Shown piece after piece: positions 24,838 through 34,756 of a DNA stretch of 50,699 bases. A model generated the notes under the pieces. That model saw only the letters and a program-made list of their open reading frames with translations. It did no database searches and was not told the origin of the DNA. The stretch is from Candidatus Parcubacteria bacterium (lineage in GTDB: Bacteria > Patescibacteriota > Minisyncoccia > UBA6257 > JAPLYJ01), in the NCBI GenBank assembly GCA_026395655.1, contig JAPLYJ010000046.1:1-50699 (forward strand), read 5' to 3'. Made by a program: the position numbers and the translations under genes. Every line of letters starts with the position of its first letter. The first letter of the stretch is position 1.

Positions 24838-26411
24838 TTTTTTAATTTCAATCTATTAAAAATCAAATTTTTAAAATTAGCTAAATCTTCTAAACCTAAT
24901 TTTTTTCCTATCATCCAAAAAGCAAATAAAGCTAAAGATCCAGAAAGGATAGCTTGTAAAAACAAGCCTTTAACTGTATTGGTACCAAAGATAGGAGCTA
25001 AAAGATTTAACATAAGATATCCCACAACACAAGCGAAAAACGAACTTACACATATTTTTAAAATAGGTTGGATTAATTCTCTTACAGACCAAAATTTTAA
25101 TTTGCGTTTTAACATGACAAACATGACAAAAAAATATAAGGTATTAGTTAAAACATATGCCCAGGCTAAACCTATCACCCCAAAAGATCTGCCTAAAATA
25201 AAACACAAAATAGCACCTAAGCTATAACTTAAAAGTGCACCCACAAAAGGTTTAATGCTTTCCCCTCTACTGAAAAACACCCTAACGAACAAATAACTCA
25301 AAGATTGAAAAATCAAAGCCAAAGTTAAAATAGATAAAACAGCTATTGTATTCTCTGTAGCAGACCAATCAAAGCGACCATACCCCAATAACAACCTTAC
25401 GATTTGAGCTCGAAAAACTAAAAACAAACCAGATAAAGGAATGATGAAAAAAAGAATCTGTCTGATAGTATTATTTAAAATTTGTTTAAAAGCTAAATCA
25501 TCTTTGTCAGCAAAAAGTCTAGAAAAAACAGGAAAAGACGCAGAGACAAAAGAAAGAGTAAAGATAACATAAGGGAAACCTTGAATGTTGTTAGCTAAAC
25601 TAAAAACACCCAAACTACCTGCTACCATAAAACTAGCAGCAAAAGTTAAAACTAAAAAATATCCCTGATTAATTAAAATACTTAAAGTACGAGGTATCAT
25701 TACAAAAAACATCTGTTTTAAACCTTTGATAGAATCTGAGAAATCAATCTTAGATGGTAATTTTAGATGGAAATAAGAAGGTAGTAATATCAATAAATTT
25801 AAGATAGCACCCAAGATAACTCCGTAAGCTAATCCAGATAAACCAAAGCGAGGGTAAAAAAAGATGATCCCCGTAATAATTCCTAGATTATACATAGCTG
25901 GAGCCAAAGCAGTAGCTACAAAAAGTTTAAAAATTTGTAAAACAGAACTAATAATGGCAGAAAAACCTAAAATGATAGGTTGAATCATCATTAATCTAGT
26001 TAAATTCACAGCTAAAGAAATTTTTTCAGAATCAAACCCGGCTAAAAGATTTTTTAAAATAGGTTCAGCAAAAATGATTAAAAGTGCAGAAACTAAAATC
26101 ATGAACAAACCAAAGAGAATAAAAATAGAAGACAAAAGAGAACCAGCTTCTTCTTTTGATTTTTTTAAATGCGCAGTAAAAATGGGAATGAAACCAGCAG
26201 AAATTGCCCCCATAATAAAAATACTGTAAACAAAATCCGGTATACGAAAAGCGGCATAATATATATCTAACTGACTACCTACTCCTAATCTGCTAGCAAA
26301 CAAAGAATCACGCAATACTCCTAGAATACTACCAATAATGGTAAAGCCAGCCAAAATTAATGCTCCCCCACCGATAGTTTCCGAACGATGATTGATAAGC
26401 TGTTTAATCAT
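24834..26411 (-). CDS. murJ: Lipid II flippase MurJ (MviN)
   Basis: 525 aa, polytopic. The N-terminal RDSLFASRLGVGSQLDIYYAAFRIPDF is typical of MurJ. Confidence 0.85.
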   Translation of the reverse strand: MIKQLINHRSETIGGGALILAGFTIIGSILGVLRDSLFASRLGVGSQLDIYYAAFRIPDFVYSIFIMGAISAGFIPIFTAHLKKSKEEAGSLLSSIFILFGLFMILVSALLIIFAEPILKNLLAGFDSEKISLAVNLTRLMMIQPIILGFSAIISSVLQIFKLFVATALAPAMYNLGIITGIIFFYPRFGLSGLAYGVILGAILNLLILLPSYFHLKLPSKIDFSDSIKGLKQMFFVMIPRTLSILINQGYFLVLTFAASFMVAGSLGVFSLANNIQGFPYVIFTLSFVSASFPVFSRLFADKDDLAFKQILNNTIRQILFFIIPLSGLFLVFRAQIVRLLLGYGRFDWSATENTIAVLSILTLALIFQSLSYLFVRVFFSRGESIKPFVGALLSYSLGAILCFILGRSFGVIGLAWAYVLTNTLYFFVMFVMLKRKLKFWSVRELIQPILKICVSSFFACVVGYLMLNLLAPIFGTNTVKGLFLQAILSGSLALFAFWMIGKKLGLEDLANFKNLIFNRLKLKK

Positions 26412-28383
26412 TAACCTTAACTAAATCTATTGATATATTCGTATCTTGAGTAAGTAAAAAATCTTTTAAGTAATCAGAATTAGATATTTTCCAAGGAGCT
26501 CCTGATTGAATTTTCATATGGAATTTAACAGCGCTATCTAATCCAGATTGTTTTTGAATAATTAATTTATATGAATTATTAGATGATATGAGCGTAAAAG
26601 GCAATCTATACTTATAGGTTAAAATCTGAGTTTCAGTGGGTTTTGTTATCAACCAATTAGCGGCCACAAATTTTCCAAATTCATGATAATATCTAGAATC
26701 AGTTTCAGAATTAATAGCAGCCATGTTTTCTCCTTGAATTAAAAGCGGATCTTCTTCAAATCCTTTTTTATCATATGCTATAGCTGCGATACGATATGGA
26801 TTAGTACTACGGCTTTTAACTTCTAAAATTTCAGAACCTTCTGGTAAATAAACTCTAAGATATTGAGTATTATTAACCGCACCTTTAATATTTTTTGCAT
26901 CATTAGTTCTAAAGATAGTTAAAGTATTGATAATGCTACCATCTAATTGAATTTCTGATTCTAAATTAATAGTTTGCTTAATTAAAGCATCTGTTTTTTC
27001 GCTCCCCACATTAGTATTAACAACATTGAGATAATCTTGGTTAGCTGAAATTGGCAAAATATTATTAGCCATGCCATTTTGCATTAAAAGATTTTGCAAT
27101 TCTGCATCTTTAGAATATATTTGAATATCTTTATTTTTCAAGCTAGCTAACAAGAAAGGCAAAATATCTTGATCTGTTTTTTGTTCTGTATTAGTTTGAG
27201 ATAATTTGATAACAAGATTTTCTAAAAACAAAGCAAAAATTCCTTTGCTATCTGACAAAGTTTTTCCTTGATAAAAATTATTAGCTAAAAAAGCATCAAA
27301 ATTATTACTATCTATTGACCCTTGTTCTAAAGACAAGAAAATTGGACCAGATAATTCTAAGATTTTTTTAATAACTTTAGCATTAAGACTGATAACATTA
27401 TTTGTTCGAAGGCTTAAACCAGCGCTTTGAGCAAAAGACAACATTCTTTCTCCGGAAGCAGGATAATCAGAAAACCAATTAACATCATGAAATAGCCAAG
27501 AGGAAGAAAGACCTTTTAAAGCTAAAGGTGGTACTACTTTTTTAGTCATCTTAGAATCTAATTGATATACATCTTTAATTTCAGAATTTATGATCTTTCC
27601 TGAATCTAGGGATACCCAGGCATAGGCACCGATGTATCCTCCTGTAGGTTTAGAGGTGTTAGGATCTTGAATTAAAATTAAGCTTTCTGAAACACCGTTA
27701 TAACCTAAAACATTACCCATCACTTTAAGATCACTTAATGTATTACCTTCTGTTCCTGTCTGATCTACGTCCAAAAGACTCTTTAACATTTTAAAATTTT
27801 CTGTTAATTGATCAAAACTAGAAAAATCTAAAGATTGCATCTTGTCTAAATTCCCTTTGAATTGATCCGCTACGCTACCAATATCTTCTGAGTTAGCTTG
27901 CTCTATTCCTAAAAAAGCCAATGAAGCTGTTAAGTGCTGCCAAAAAGGTTTTTTAACTTGAGTTTTTTGAGTAGTTGATAATAAAATATCAGAGCTAGCA
28001 TTAAAATCTCCTTTTTCAAAACTGCTAATAGCTGTAGCTACATTTTTCTCTACTGATTGTTTTTCTGTTTTCGCCAAAGACGCTTGATTACTTACCTGTA
28101 TCTGTCCTGCTATTAAAACAAAAGCCATAAAGAATAAAGATAGAACGATAACAGCTTTTGGTAAAAAAGAAGGTTTTTTTTCTTTTCCAACATCTTTAAG
28201 ATATGATATTTGATTTAAAGAAAAATCAGATTCTTGAGCCCTATCTGCAAGCTGACGTAAATTTACAACTGTAGGTCTTAATTTCAATTTAACCTCATCT
28301 TCCCAAGTCAAAACAGCTGGCCTGATATCATAGGCCATTTTCCAAACGTTGTTCCTCTTAACTGTTTTTGTTTTTCCTTTCAT
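26404..28383 (-). CDS. DUF4012-like membrane-anchored extracytoplasmic protein
   Basis: 659 aa. One N-proximal TM. KPTGGYIGAYAWVSLDSGKI resembles the conserved PTGGFIGS block of DUF4012. Overlaps the murJ start by 8 nt. Confidence 0.55.
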   Translation of the reverse strand: MKGKTKTVKRNNVWKMAYDIRPAVLTWEDEVKLKLRPTVVNLRQLADRAQESDFSLNQISYLKDVGKEKKPSFLPKAVIVLSLFFMAFVLIAGQIQVSNQASLAKTEKQSVEKNVATAISSFEKGDFNASSDILLSTTQKTQVKKPFWQHLTASLAFLGIEQANSEDIGSVADQFKGNLDKMQSLDFSSFDQLTENFKMLKSLLDVDQTGTEGNTLSDLKVMGNVLGYNGVSESLILIQDPNTSKPTGGYIGAYAWVSLDSGKIINSEIKDVYQLDSKMTKKVVPPLALKGLSSSWLFHDVNWFSDYPASGERMLSFAQSAGLSLRTNNVISLNAKVIKKILELSGPIFLSLEQGSIDSNNFDAFLANNFYQGKTLSDSKGIFALFLENLVIKLSQTNTEQKTDQDILPFLLASLKNKDIQIYSKDAELQNLLMQNGMANNILPISANQDYLNVVNTNVGSEKTDALIKQTINLESEIQLDGSIINTLTIFRTNDAKNIKGAVNNTQYLRVYLPEGSEILEVKSRSTNPYRIAAIAYDKKGFEEDPLLIQGENMAAINSETDSRYYHEFGKFVAANWLITKPTETQILTYKYRLPFTLISSNNSYKLIIQKQSGLDSAVKFHMKIQSGAPWKISNSDYLKDFLLTQDTNISIDLVKVND

Positions 28384-28427
28384 ATATTAACCATACATAT
28401 TTTACTATTTTTTCATAAAAAAACAAA

Positions 28428-28455
28428 TAAAAATCCGCTCTAAAAATTAGGGCGG
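28428..28455 (-). terminator. Terminator after RNase P RNA
   Basis: Minus strand CCGCCCTAA-TTT-TTAGAGCGG (one mismatch) followed by ATTTTTATTT. Confidence 0.55.
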
Positions 28456-28848
28456 ACTAGATTAAGTCTATAAGCCGAATTCTGTACCCCAAAGGGCAAT
28501 GGTTATCTATCTAAGGTTTGCGTTACCACAAACCTCATGCGAGCGTAATGGCTCTTGCACCCAGTAAGGATTTAGCCGTTTCATTCTCCGTTTCAATATA
28601 TCCGGAGATTAACCCTTTTTTGCAAAAGGATCTTTCTGTCTTTTCAAACAGAAACGTCACTGTTCGCACCTCTACCCCATTTTAAAACCTAATTGTTACC
28701 AATTAGGTCATTTCCCTAACCAAAAAGTTAGAGAGTAAACAGGATGGCGGCTGTTAGCCGTTACTTTTTTATCTTGGAATAAACCAAGAGAGTGTTCGGA
28801 CTTTCCTCTTTTTGAATTAACAAAAAGCAACCATTCAACTTAACCTAA
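28456..28848 (-). ncRNA. rnpB: RNase P RNA (bacterial type A-like); ends approximate
   Basis: Minus strand contains the universally conserved P4 strands GAGGAAAGTCCG (28797-28808) and ACAGAATTCGGCTTA (28471-28485). A P3-like hairpin is CTTTTTG-TTAATT-CAAAAAG. P1 pairs GGTTAAGT with ACTTAATC. The surrounding 490 bp has no ORF. Confidence 0.85.
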
Positions 28849-28871
28849 TTATATTATACCATAAAAAACAT

Positions 28872-29288
28872 TTATAGCAAACGAGCGCTGTCTCCGTCAA
28901 GAGCTTTATTAACTAAACGATCTGCCCTAGTATTTTTTTCCCTAGGAATATGTAAAAAATTCAAATGTGGAAAATCAAATTTTAAATTCCAAACTTCTAA
29001 AAAATATGGTTGAAGATCGTGTTCTAGAATTTTATATTGTCCAGTTAATTGCTTAACTACTAACTCAGAATCCATATGAACTATTACTAAAGTATCTTTT
29101 AATTTTTCTTTACCTAACAAAGATCTGGTTTTTTTTAAAGCCAAAATTGCTGCTTGATATTCAGCTACATTGTTTGTAGCTTTCCCAATACATTGAGCAT
29201 ATTCTTTTTCCCCTACCACTACCCCTATAGCTGCTGGTCCAGGATTACCCCGAGAGCCACCATCTGCATATACTTTTATTTCTGTCAT
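28872..29288 (-). CDS. rnhA: Ribonuclease HI
   Basis: 138 aa. VYADGGSRGNPGPAAIGVV, NNVAEYQA, DSELVVKQ, REKNTRADRL (DEDD catalytic pattern). Confidence 0.85.
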   Translation of the reverse strand: MTEIKVYADGGSRGNPGPAAIGVVVGEKEYAQCIGKATNNVAEYQAAILALKKTRSLLGKEKLKDTLVIVHMDSELVVKQLTGQYKILEHDLQPYFLEVWNLKFDFPHLNFLHIPREKNTRADRLVNKALDGDSARLL

Positions 29289-29289
29289 A

Positions 29290-29862
29290 TTAATTTTCTT
29301 CCATTATTTTTTTAAAAACTCGATATGTTGCTTTGGCGTCACTAAGCGCATTGTGGCTTATTCCCCTATCTAAGCCTAAATACGCACTAATTTCACTTAA
29401 ACTAAAAGTCTTAATCTTATCTTCGTCGTAATATTTATAAAAAAGCATTGATTTTAAATCCATACGATGATAATAAAAAGCAGGCAAAGGATGCCCAGCT
29501 TCAGTAAAAGCTTTTTCCAATCTAGCCCAATCAAAAGAAAAATTCTGACCAATCAAAATATCCCCTTTGCATTTTTGTTCTAAAATATTTAAAGCGTTAG
29601 GTAAAGTGATGGCGTCTTTCCAAGCTTCATCAGTATATCCAGTAATTTCCAAAGCAAAAGGATCTGCGTCTTCCATATGACGAGGTTTAACTTTCATCTC
29701 AAATTCTTCTACTATCTCCCAATCTTTTTGGCTTACCCTCACTACTCCAATTTCAATAATCTCATGATTTAATTCTAAACCCGTGGTTTCAATATCTAAA
29801 AAAGCCAAGACACGCTCTCTTACTGGTTGACCATTTTTAATATCAGGATCAATGTTTGGCAT
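29290..29862 (-). CDS. DEDDh 3'-5' exonuclease (DnaQ/epsilon-like)
   Basis: 190 aa. FLDIETTGL (ExoI), GQNFSFDW (ExoII), HNALSDA (ExoIII). Confidence 0.8.
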   Translation of the reverse strand: MPNIDPDIKNGQPVRERVLAFLDIETTGLELNHEIIEIGVVRVSQKDWEIVEEFEMKVKPRHMEDADPFALEITGYTDEAWKDAITLPNALNILEQKCKGDILIGQNFSFDWARLEKAFTEAGHPLPAFYYHRMDLKSMLFYKYYDEDKIKTFSLSEISAYLGLDRGISHNALSDAKATYRVFKKIMEEN

Positions 29863-29871
29863 TTTAATTAT

Positions 29872-31050
29872 TTAATTTAAAGCTTCTAACCCAGGTAATT
29901 TTTCTCCGGAAAGATATGATAACATGGCACCTCCTCCTGTGGAAACAAAAACATTTTCAGATTCTAACAATTCTCCAGACAAATTCAAGCTAGAAACTGT
30001 TTCTCCCCCTCCTAAAATAGCATAGATTTTTTTGTTTTCATAGATTGATTTAAAAACAGCTTCTGTCCCTAACCTAAAATAAAGTTCTTCTATTTTTCCC
30101 ATGGGACCATTAAAAAGCAAACTTAGACTGGATAAAATAATTTTGTTGTAATCTAAAATAGTAGCTTCTCCAATATCTAAAATATTATCTGTCTCTAAAA
30201 TAAATTCTGATTTCTTATTTTCAGTTAATCCTTCAATGTTTTTTACTTTAACATCAACAGGTAAAACAATATTTTTAAATCTTTGTAAATAATCTTTAGC
30301 CACTGATATCATTTCTGGCTCATAATAGGATTTACCAATTTCTAAATCTTTAGCTTTTAAAAAAGTGTTAGCTACTCCCCCACCTAAAAGTACAACATCC
30401 GCAGAATTAGCAAATTTTTCTAAAAGAGGTAGTTTGTCTTTAATTTTCGCTCCGCCTAAAACAAAAATAAAAGGATGATCTTGGCGTAACATTATTTTAT
30501 CTAAATTTTCTTTTTCTTTGAGCATTAATAAACCAGGATATGATGGTAAAAACTTAGTAATCGCACACAAAGAAGCAGCCTCTCTATGAGAAACAGAAAA
30601 AGCTTCATTAATGTATATATCAGCTAAAGAAGCCAATTTCTGAGCAAATTCCTGGTCATTTTCCTCTTCACCCAAATAAAAACGGATGTTTTCTAACATA
30701 CATAAAGAATTTGAAGGAATAGCTGATATTTTTTCTTTTAAAATATCTGTTTCTTTTTCACAGTCATCTGAAAAAAAATTCACTTTACGTTTCATTTTTT
30801 CACCCAAATATTCCGATATTCTTTTTAAGCTAAAATCAGGATTATTCTTGTCTTCTAATTTAGGACGTCCTAAATGACTAATTAAAATAATCTGAGAAAC
30901 ACCTTTTCCCAATAAAAAATCAATGGTAGGAATAACTTTTATAATGCGAAAATCATCTAGCAAGCTACCATCTGTATTAAAAGCAACATTAAAATCAACG
31001 CGCATTAAAACCTTTTTACCTTGTAAATCTAAGGACAATAAATCTTTCAT
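29872..31050 (-). CDS. pgk: Phosphoglycerate kinase
   Basis: 392 aa. VLMRVDFNV, SHLGRPK, GGAKIKDK, STGGGA. Confidence 0.93.
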   Translation of the reverse strand: MKDLLSLDLQGKKVLMRVDFNVAFNTDGSLLDDFRIIKVIPTIDFLLGKGVSQIILISHLGRPKLEDKNNPDFSLKRISEYLGEKMKRKVNFFSDDCEKETDILKEKISAIPSNSLCMLENIRFYLGEEENDQEFAQKLASLADIYINEAFSVSHREAASLCAITKFLPSYPGLLMLKEKENLDKIMLRQDHPFIFVLGGAKIKDKLPLLEKFANSADVVLLGGGVANTFLKAKDLEIGKSYYEPEMISVAKDYLQRFKNIVLPVDVKVKNIEGLTENKKSEFILETDNILDIGEATILDYNKIILSSLSLLFNGPMGKIEELYFRLGTEAVFKSIYENKKIYAILGGGETVSSLNLSGELLESENVFVSTGGGAMLSYLSGEKLPGLEALN

Positions 31051-31826
31051 TATTTAATTTCGTAAGTAATAGTTACAGTAGCACTAACTTCTGATTGACC
31101 AGTTAAAACTGGGGCTGTTGTTGGCACTGGCGCTGATTCTGAAACGTTGGAACCTCCGCCCATGCTGTCATATTTGGTATAAGGTAAATTATCATAGCTT
31201 TCAGAGATATTGATAATATTACCTAAACGTATCCCTGTTTGTTGAGACAATAATTTGGATCTTTCTTGAATTTTGTTAATAGCTTTAATTTTAGCTTCAT
31301 TTTTATATATCTCAGAATCATCAATACCAAAATCTAAATTAGAAATCTCATTGATTCCTGTACCACTTAAGCCACCAACAATCACATCAATTTTTTCAAA
31401 GTCCCTAATTTTAACCATAACCTGCTGGCGTAATTCATAGCTAATTATTTTGGGAGAGCAAGTCTTTTTTTCAGATCCTTTTTTCTGACACCAGGTATAG
31501 TCATATTGGGGATTCAAGTTATAAGCTGAAGTTTGAATATCTTCTTCTAACACTCCATTGCCTTTTAAAAAATCTATGGCTTTTTTCATTTTTAAATTAT
31601 TTTCTTCCTGGAGCTTGTTAAGATCACTACCATCATTTATTACAGATAGATACACTTTAGCAATATCCGGCTTGGCATAAACCTGACCAGAAGCGCTTAT
31701 AGAAATAGTACGTGTAGGATAATTTTTATTCTGAGCTTGGGTAAGATTATAATACCCCCAACAAGTAGCTGCAAAAATCAAAGCTACCATCAAAATACCC
31801 CCTATAACACATAAAACGTTTTTCAT
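31050..31826 (-). CDS. SIMPL/DUF541-family secreted or membrane-anchored protein
   Basis: 258 aa. N-terminal TM/signal sequence. The ASGQVYAKPDIAKVYLSV start of the SIMPL fold. Confidence 0.65.
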   Translation of the reverse strand: MKNVLCVIGGILMVALIFAATCWGYYNLTQAQNKNYPTRTISISASGQVYAKPDIAKVYLSVINDGSDLNKLQEENNLKMKKAIDFLKGNGVLEEDIQTSAYNLNPQYDYTWCQKKGSEKKTCSPKIISYELRQQVMVKIRDFEKIDVIVGGLSGTGINEISNLDFGIDDSEIYKNEAKIKAINKIQERSKLLSQQTGIRLGNIINISESYDNLPYTKYDSMGGGSNVSESAPVPTTAPVLTGQSEVSATVTITYEIK

Positions 31827-31854
31827 ATTTTTAATATATATTATTTTTTAAATT

Positions 31855-32491
31855 TTAAAATATTTGTAACATTTTTTTAATATCTTCTATATCCACTCCA
31901 GCAGATCCTATCAACGCTCCTTCAATTTCAGAATATATTAAAAAATCTAGAATATTTTTGCTAGATACAGAGCCACCGTAGATAGTTAGATATTCTTTAA
32001 TGTTAGCTTCTTGCAATAAATTACGAATATATTTAATTACTACCAAACTATCTTTAGGTTCGTCAGCTTTACCAGTGCCAATCGCCCAAACTGGCTCATA
32101 GGCTACAATTAATTTAGCTTCTGGAAAATCACGCATTACTAATAAGCCTGCGTCTAACTGTCTTTTAACTACGTTTTGCGTAAAATTGTTTTGTCTCTCT
32201 TCCCATGTCTCACCTACACATAGTACAGGCGTAAGATTGTTCTCTAAAACACGCCTCATCTTATCGGCTACCATTTTACATTTCTGCTGTCACTTCTCCG
32301 GTAAAAGCCCCAGGCTTAGAAGCTGACACATCTTGGCTAGATAAATCAAAATCTTTTATGGTAGTTAAAAAAACATATGGAGGAGCTACAACTATTGGTG
32401 TTTTAAATTTTTGATATTCTAAAATCAAATTAGAAACTTCTGTTTGATTCAGTACCTTAGCTTTCCAATTAAAAATTAATAATTTAGGCAT
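31855..32491 (-). pseudogene. tpiA: Triosephosphate isomerase, disrupted (two ORFs, 32276-32491 and 31855-32274) and lacking the GHSERR segment
   Basis: The N-fragment has FNWKA and GAFTGEVTAEM, then TAA. The C-fragment is offset by 1 nt and resumes at VADKMRRVLENNLTPVLCVGE..AYEPVWAIGTG..YGGSV. About 26 residues, including the catalytic His loop, are missing. Confidence 0.7.
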
Positions 32492-33501
32492 TATTTTATT
32501 TTTTTGTTTTTCCATTGTTTTAATCTAAAAGCTGCTTCTGTGGGATCTAAACCGCATATTTCCATGCCTGTACCTAACTCAAATCCAGCTGGTAATTCTG
32601 TTCTAGGATAGATAACTATATGCCAATGGTAATATTTATGCGAATCATTAGTAGGTACGGTCTGAATCATAATATTGTAATCTGGATCTGATAATTCTTG
32701 GTATAATCTAGATATAGCATCATATAAGACTTCTGCTAATTGATTTAAATCAGGCATCTTCAAAGACCTAAAATCAGATTGATGTTTTTTAGGGTAGATA
32801 GCTAATTCGTAGGCATTACGAGAAATAAAAGGTGCTATGGTAATAAATTTATCATTTTGAAACACTACTCTCTTATTTTCTTTTTTCTCCCATTTAAGCA
32901 TTTCACAATACGCACATTTTTTGTTTTGGTTATAGAACCATTTAGTTTTTTCCATGATACGAGAAACATCTGGAGGTATGATAGGTAAAGAAATAATCTG
33001 ACCATGAGGATGAGTCATGCTCGCCCCAGCAGTAGGACCATAATTGATAAAACACATAACATATTCTGTGGTTCTTTCTTTAGATAAAGCTATAGACCTT
33101 TGTAAAAAAGCTAAAAGCATTTCAGAAACAGCGTTCTTACCTAATTGATACAAAGATTTTTTGTGATCCCTAGTTATAACCACCTCACAATGACCAGAGC
33201 CTTTTAATATCTTATAATCTCCAATTTTATAACTTTTAAAATCAGTAGGAAATAAAGCTGGGTATTTGTTTTTGATAACCATCAAAGACCAATCCCCTTT
33301 GATTTTAGGTTTAATAATCATCAAGGGTTCCCCGTGCCCTGTAGCCACAGGATCTTCAAAAGGGCATTTTTTAATAGGAGAATGTTTTCTAATTTTGTTT
33401 TTTAAAATACCTTTAGGTCTTTTTGACCTATTTTGGGCAACAATTACCCATTCATTAGTTAATGGGTCCCGCCTAATTTCCGAAGGTATTTGTGTTTCCA
33501 T
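32491..33501 (-). CDS. galT: Galactose-1-phosphate uridylyltransferase-family (HIT superfamily) nucleotidyltransferase
   Basis: 336 aa. CPFE near the N-terminus. HPHGQI (HxHxQ) active site. Two half-barrel repeats. Confidence 0.78.
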   Translation of the reverse strand: METQIPSEIRRDPLTNEWVIVAQNRSKRPKGILKNKIRKHSPIKKCPFEDPVATGHGEPLMIIKPKIKGDWSLMVIKNKYPALFPTDFKSYKIGDYKILKGSGHCEVVITRDHKKSLYQLGKNAVSEMLLAFLQRSIALSKERTTEYVMCFINYGPTAGASMTHPHGQIISLPIIPPDVSRIMEKTKWFYNQNKKCAYCEMLKWEKKENKRVVFQNDKFITIAPFISRNAYELAIYPKKHQSDFRSLKMPDLNQLAEVLYDAISRLYQELSDPDYNIMIQTVPTNDSHKYYHWHIVIYPRTELPAGFELGTGMEICGLDPTEAAFRLKQWKNKKIK

Positions 33502-33574
33502 ATATTTATATTATAACCAAAGAAAAACAAAAAAACAAACGTAAAAACGTTTGCAAATATTTGCATTTAATTAA

Positions 33575-33985
33575 TCATTTTTTAAATCTTACCTTATCTA
33601 AATATGACTGCAGAATAATCAAAGCTGCTGTTTGATCTATCAAACCTATTTTTTTAGATTTCTGATTTAACCATTTGTTTTTTGCTTCCTGCGTACTGAA
33701 AATTTCATTTTCAAAAAAAACAGGTAAATTTAATTTTTCTTTTAATATATTCCCAAATTTCCTAGTTAAAACAGATTGTTCAGTTTCTTTTAAATGTGTA
33801 TCTAAAGGTAAACCTATCACAATACTTTCAAATTTTTCTTTTTCTGATATTTTTAATATTTCTGATATTACAAAATCAATATTTTTGTTAATAATACAAC
33901 TTAAGGGAAAAGCCATATAATTTACATCATCACCTTTAGCTAACCCTATTCTTTTTAAACCATAGTCTATACCTAAAAATTTCAT
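33575..33985 (-). CDS. ruvX: YqgF/RuvX putative pre-16S rRNA nuclease / Holliday junction resolvase-like
   Basis: 136 aa. FLGIDYGLKRIGLA, IVIGLPL, DQTAALIILQSYL. Confidence 0.82.
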   Translation of the reverse strand: MKFLGIDYGLKRIGLAKGDDVNYMAFPLSCIINKNIDFVISEILKISEKEKFESIVIGLPLDTHLKETEQSVLTRKFGNILKEKLNLPVFFENEIFSTQEAKNKWLNQKSKKIGLIDQTAALIILQSYLDKVRFKK

Positions 33986-33987
33986 TT

Positions 33988-34752
33988 TTAAATTTTGGTA
34001 GCAATCTGAGCAGCTCCTTTAGTAATGATTATCGTATGTTCAAAATGAGCTGCAGCTAGATTATCAATCGTAACAAAACTACCATCTGATTTTTGTTTGA
34101 TGTTGGGGTTAAGAAAAGTCACCATGGGTTCTATCGCTAAAACCATACCAGGCTCCAATTTTAAGCCTGTGTTAGGCCTACCGTAATTAAGTACGTCTGG
34201 ATCTTCGTGCACGCCATATCCTACGCCATGCCCTATCAAATCTTTGATAACCATGAAACCCTGACTGTTAACATAGCTCTGGATAGCATATCCAATATCA
34301 CCTAATCTATTACCGGCTCTAGCTACCAAAATAGCTCTGGCTAAAGCTGTTTTAGTCACTTTGATTAATTTTAAAAGCTCTGGCTTTACTTCTCCAATAG
34401 GCCAAGAAGCGCTCATATCTGTATAAAAATTCTTGTATTCCATACCAATATCTAAAGAAACAATATCTCCTGATTTTAATATCATTTCTTTTTTAGGTAC
34501 GCCGTGAACAATAATTTCATTAGGAGAAACACACAAACCAGCTGGGAAAGATTGAGAAGCAAAATCAGGTTTATAATGCAAAAAAGATGGTCTCCCACCA
34601 TAATTTAAAATCAAACTTTGAGCTAATGTATCCAACCTGTCAGCGCTAACACCTGGTTTTAATTCTAAAGAAAGCTCGTCTAAAACACGAGCCAGCCTTC
34701 TGCCGCCCTCTTTAATGATTTTAATTTCTTGCGGCTTTTTAATGGTAACCAC
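33988..34752 (-). CDS. map: Methionine aminopeptidase type I
   Basis: 254 aa. VHGVP, DIVSLDIG, GHGVG, LAIEPM, FEHT. Confidence 0.93.
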   Translation of the reverse strand: MVTIKKPQEIKIIKEGGRRLARVLDELSLELKPGVSADRLDTLAQSLILNYGGRPSFLHYKPDFASQSFPAGLCVSPNEIIVHGVPKKEMILKSGDIVSLDIGMEYKNFYTDMSASWPIGEVKPELLKLIKVTKTALARAILVARAGNRLGDIGYAIQSYVNSQGFMVIKDLIGHGVGYGVHEDPDVLNYGRPNTGLKLEPGMVLAIEPMVTFLNPNIKQKSDGSFVTIDNLAAAHFEHTIIITKGAAQIATKI

Positions 34753-34756
34753 GAAT

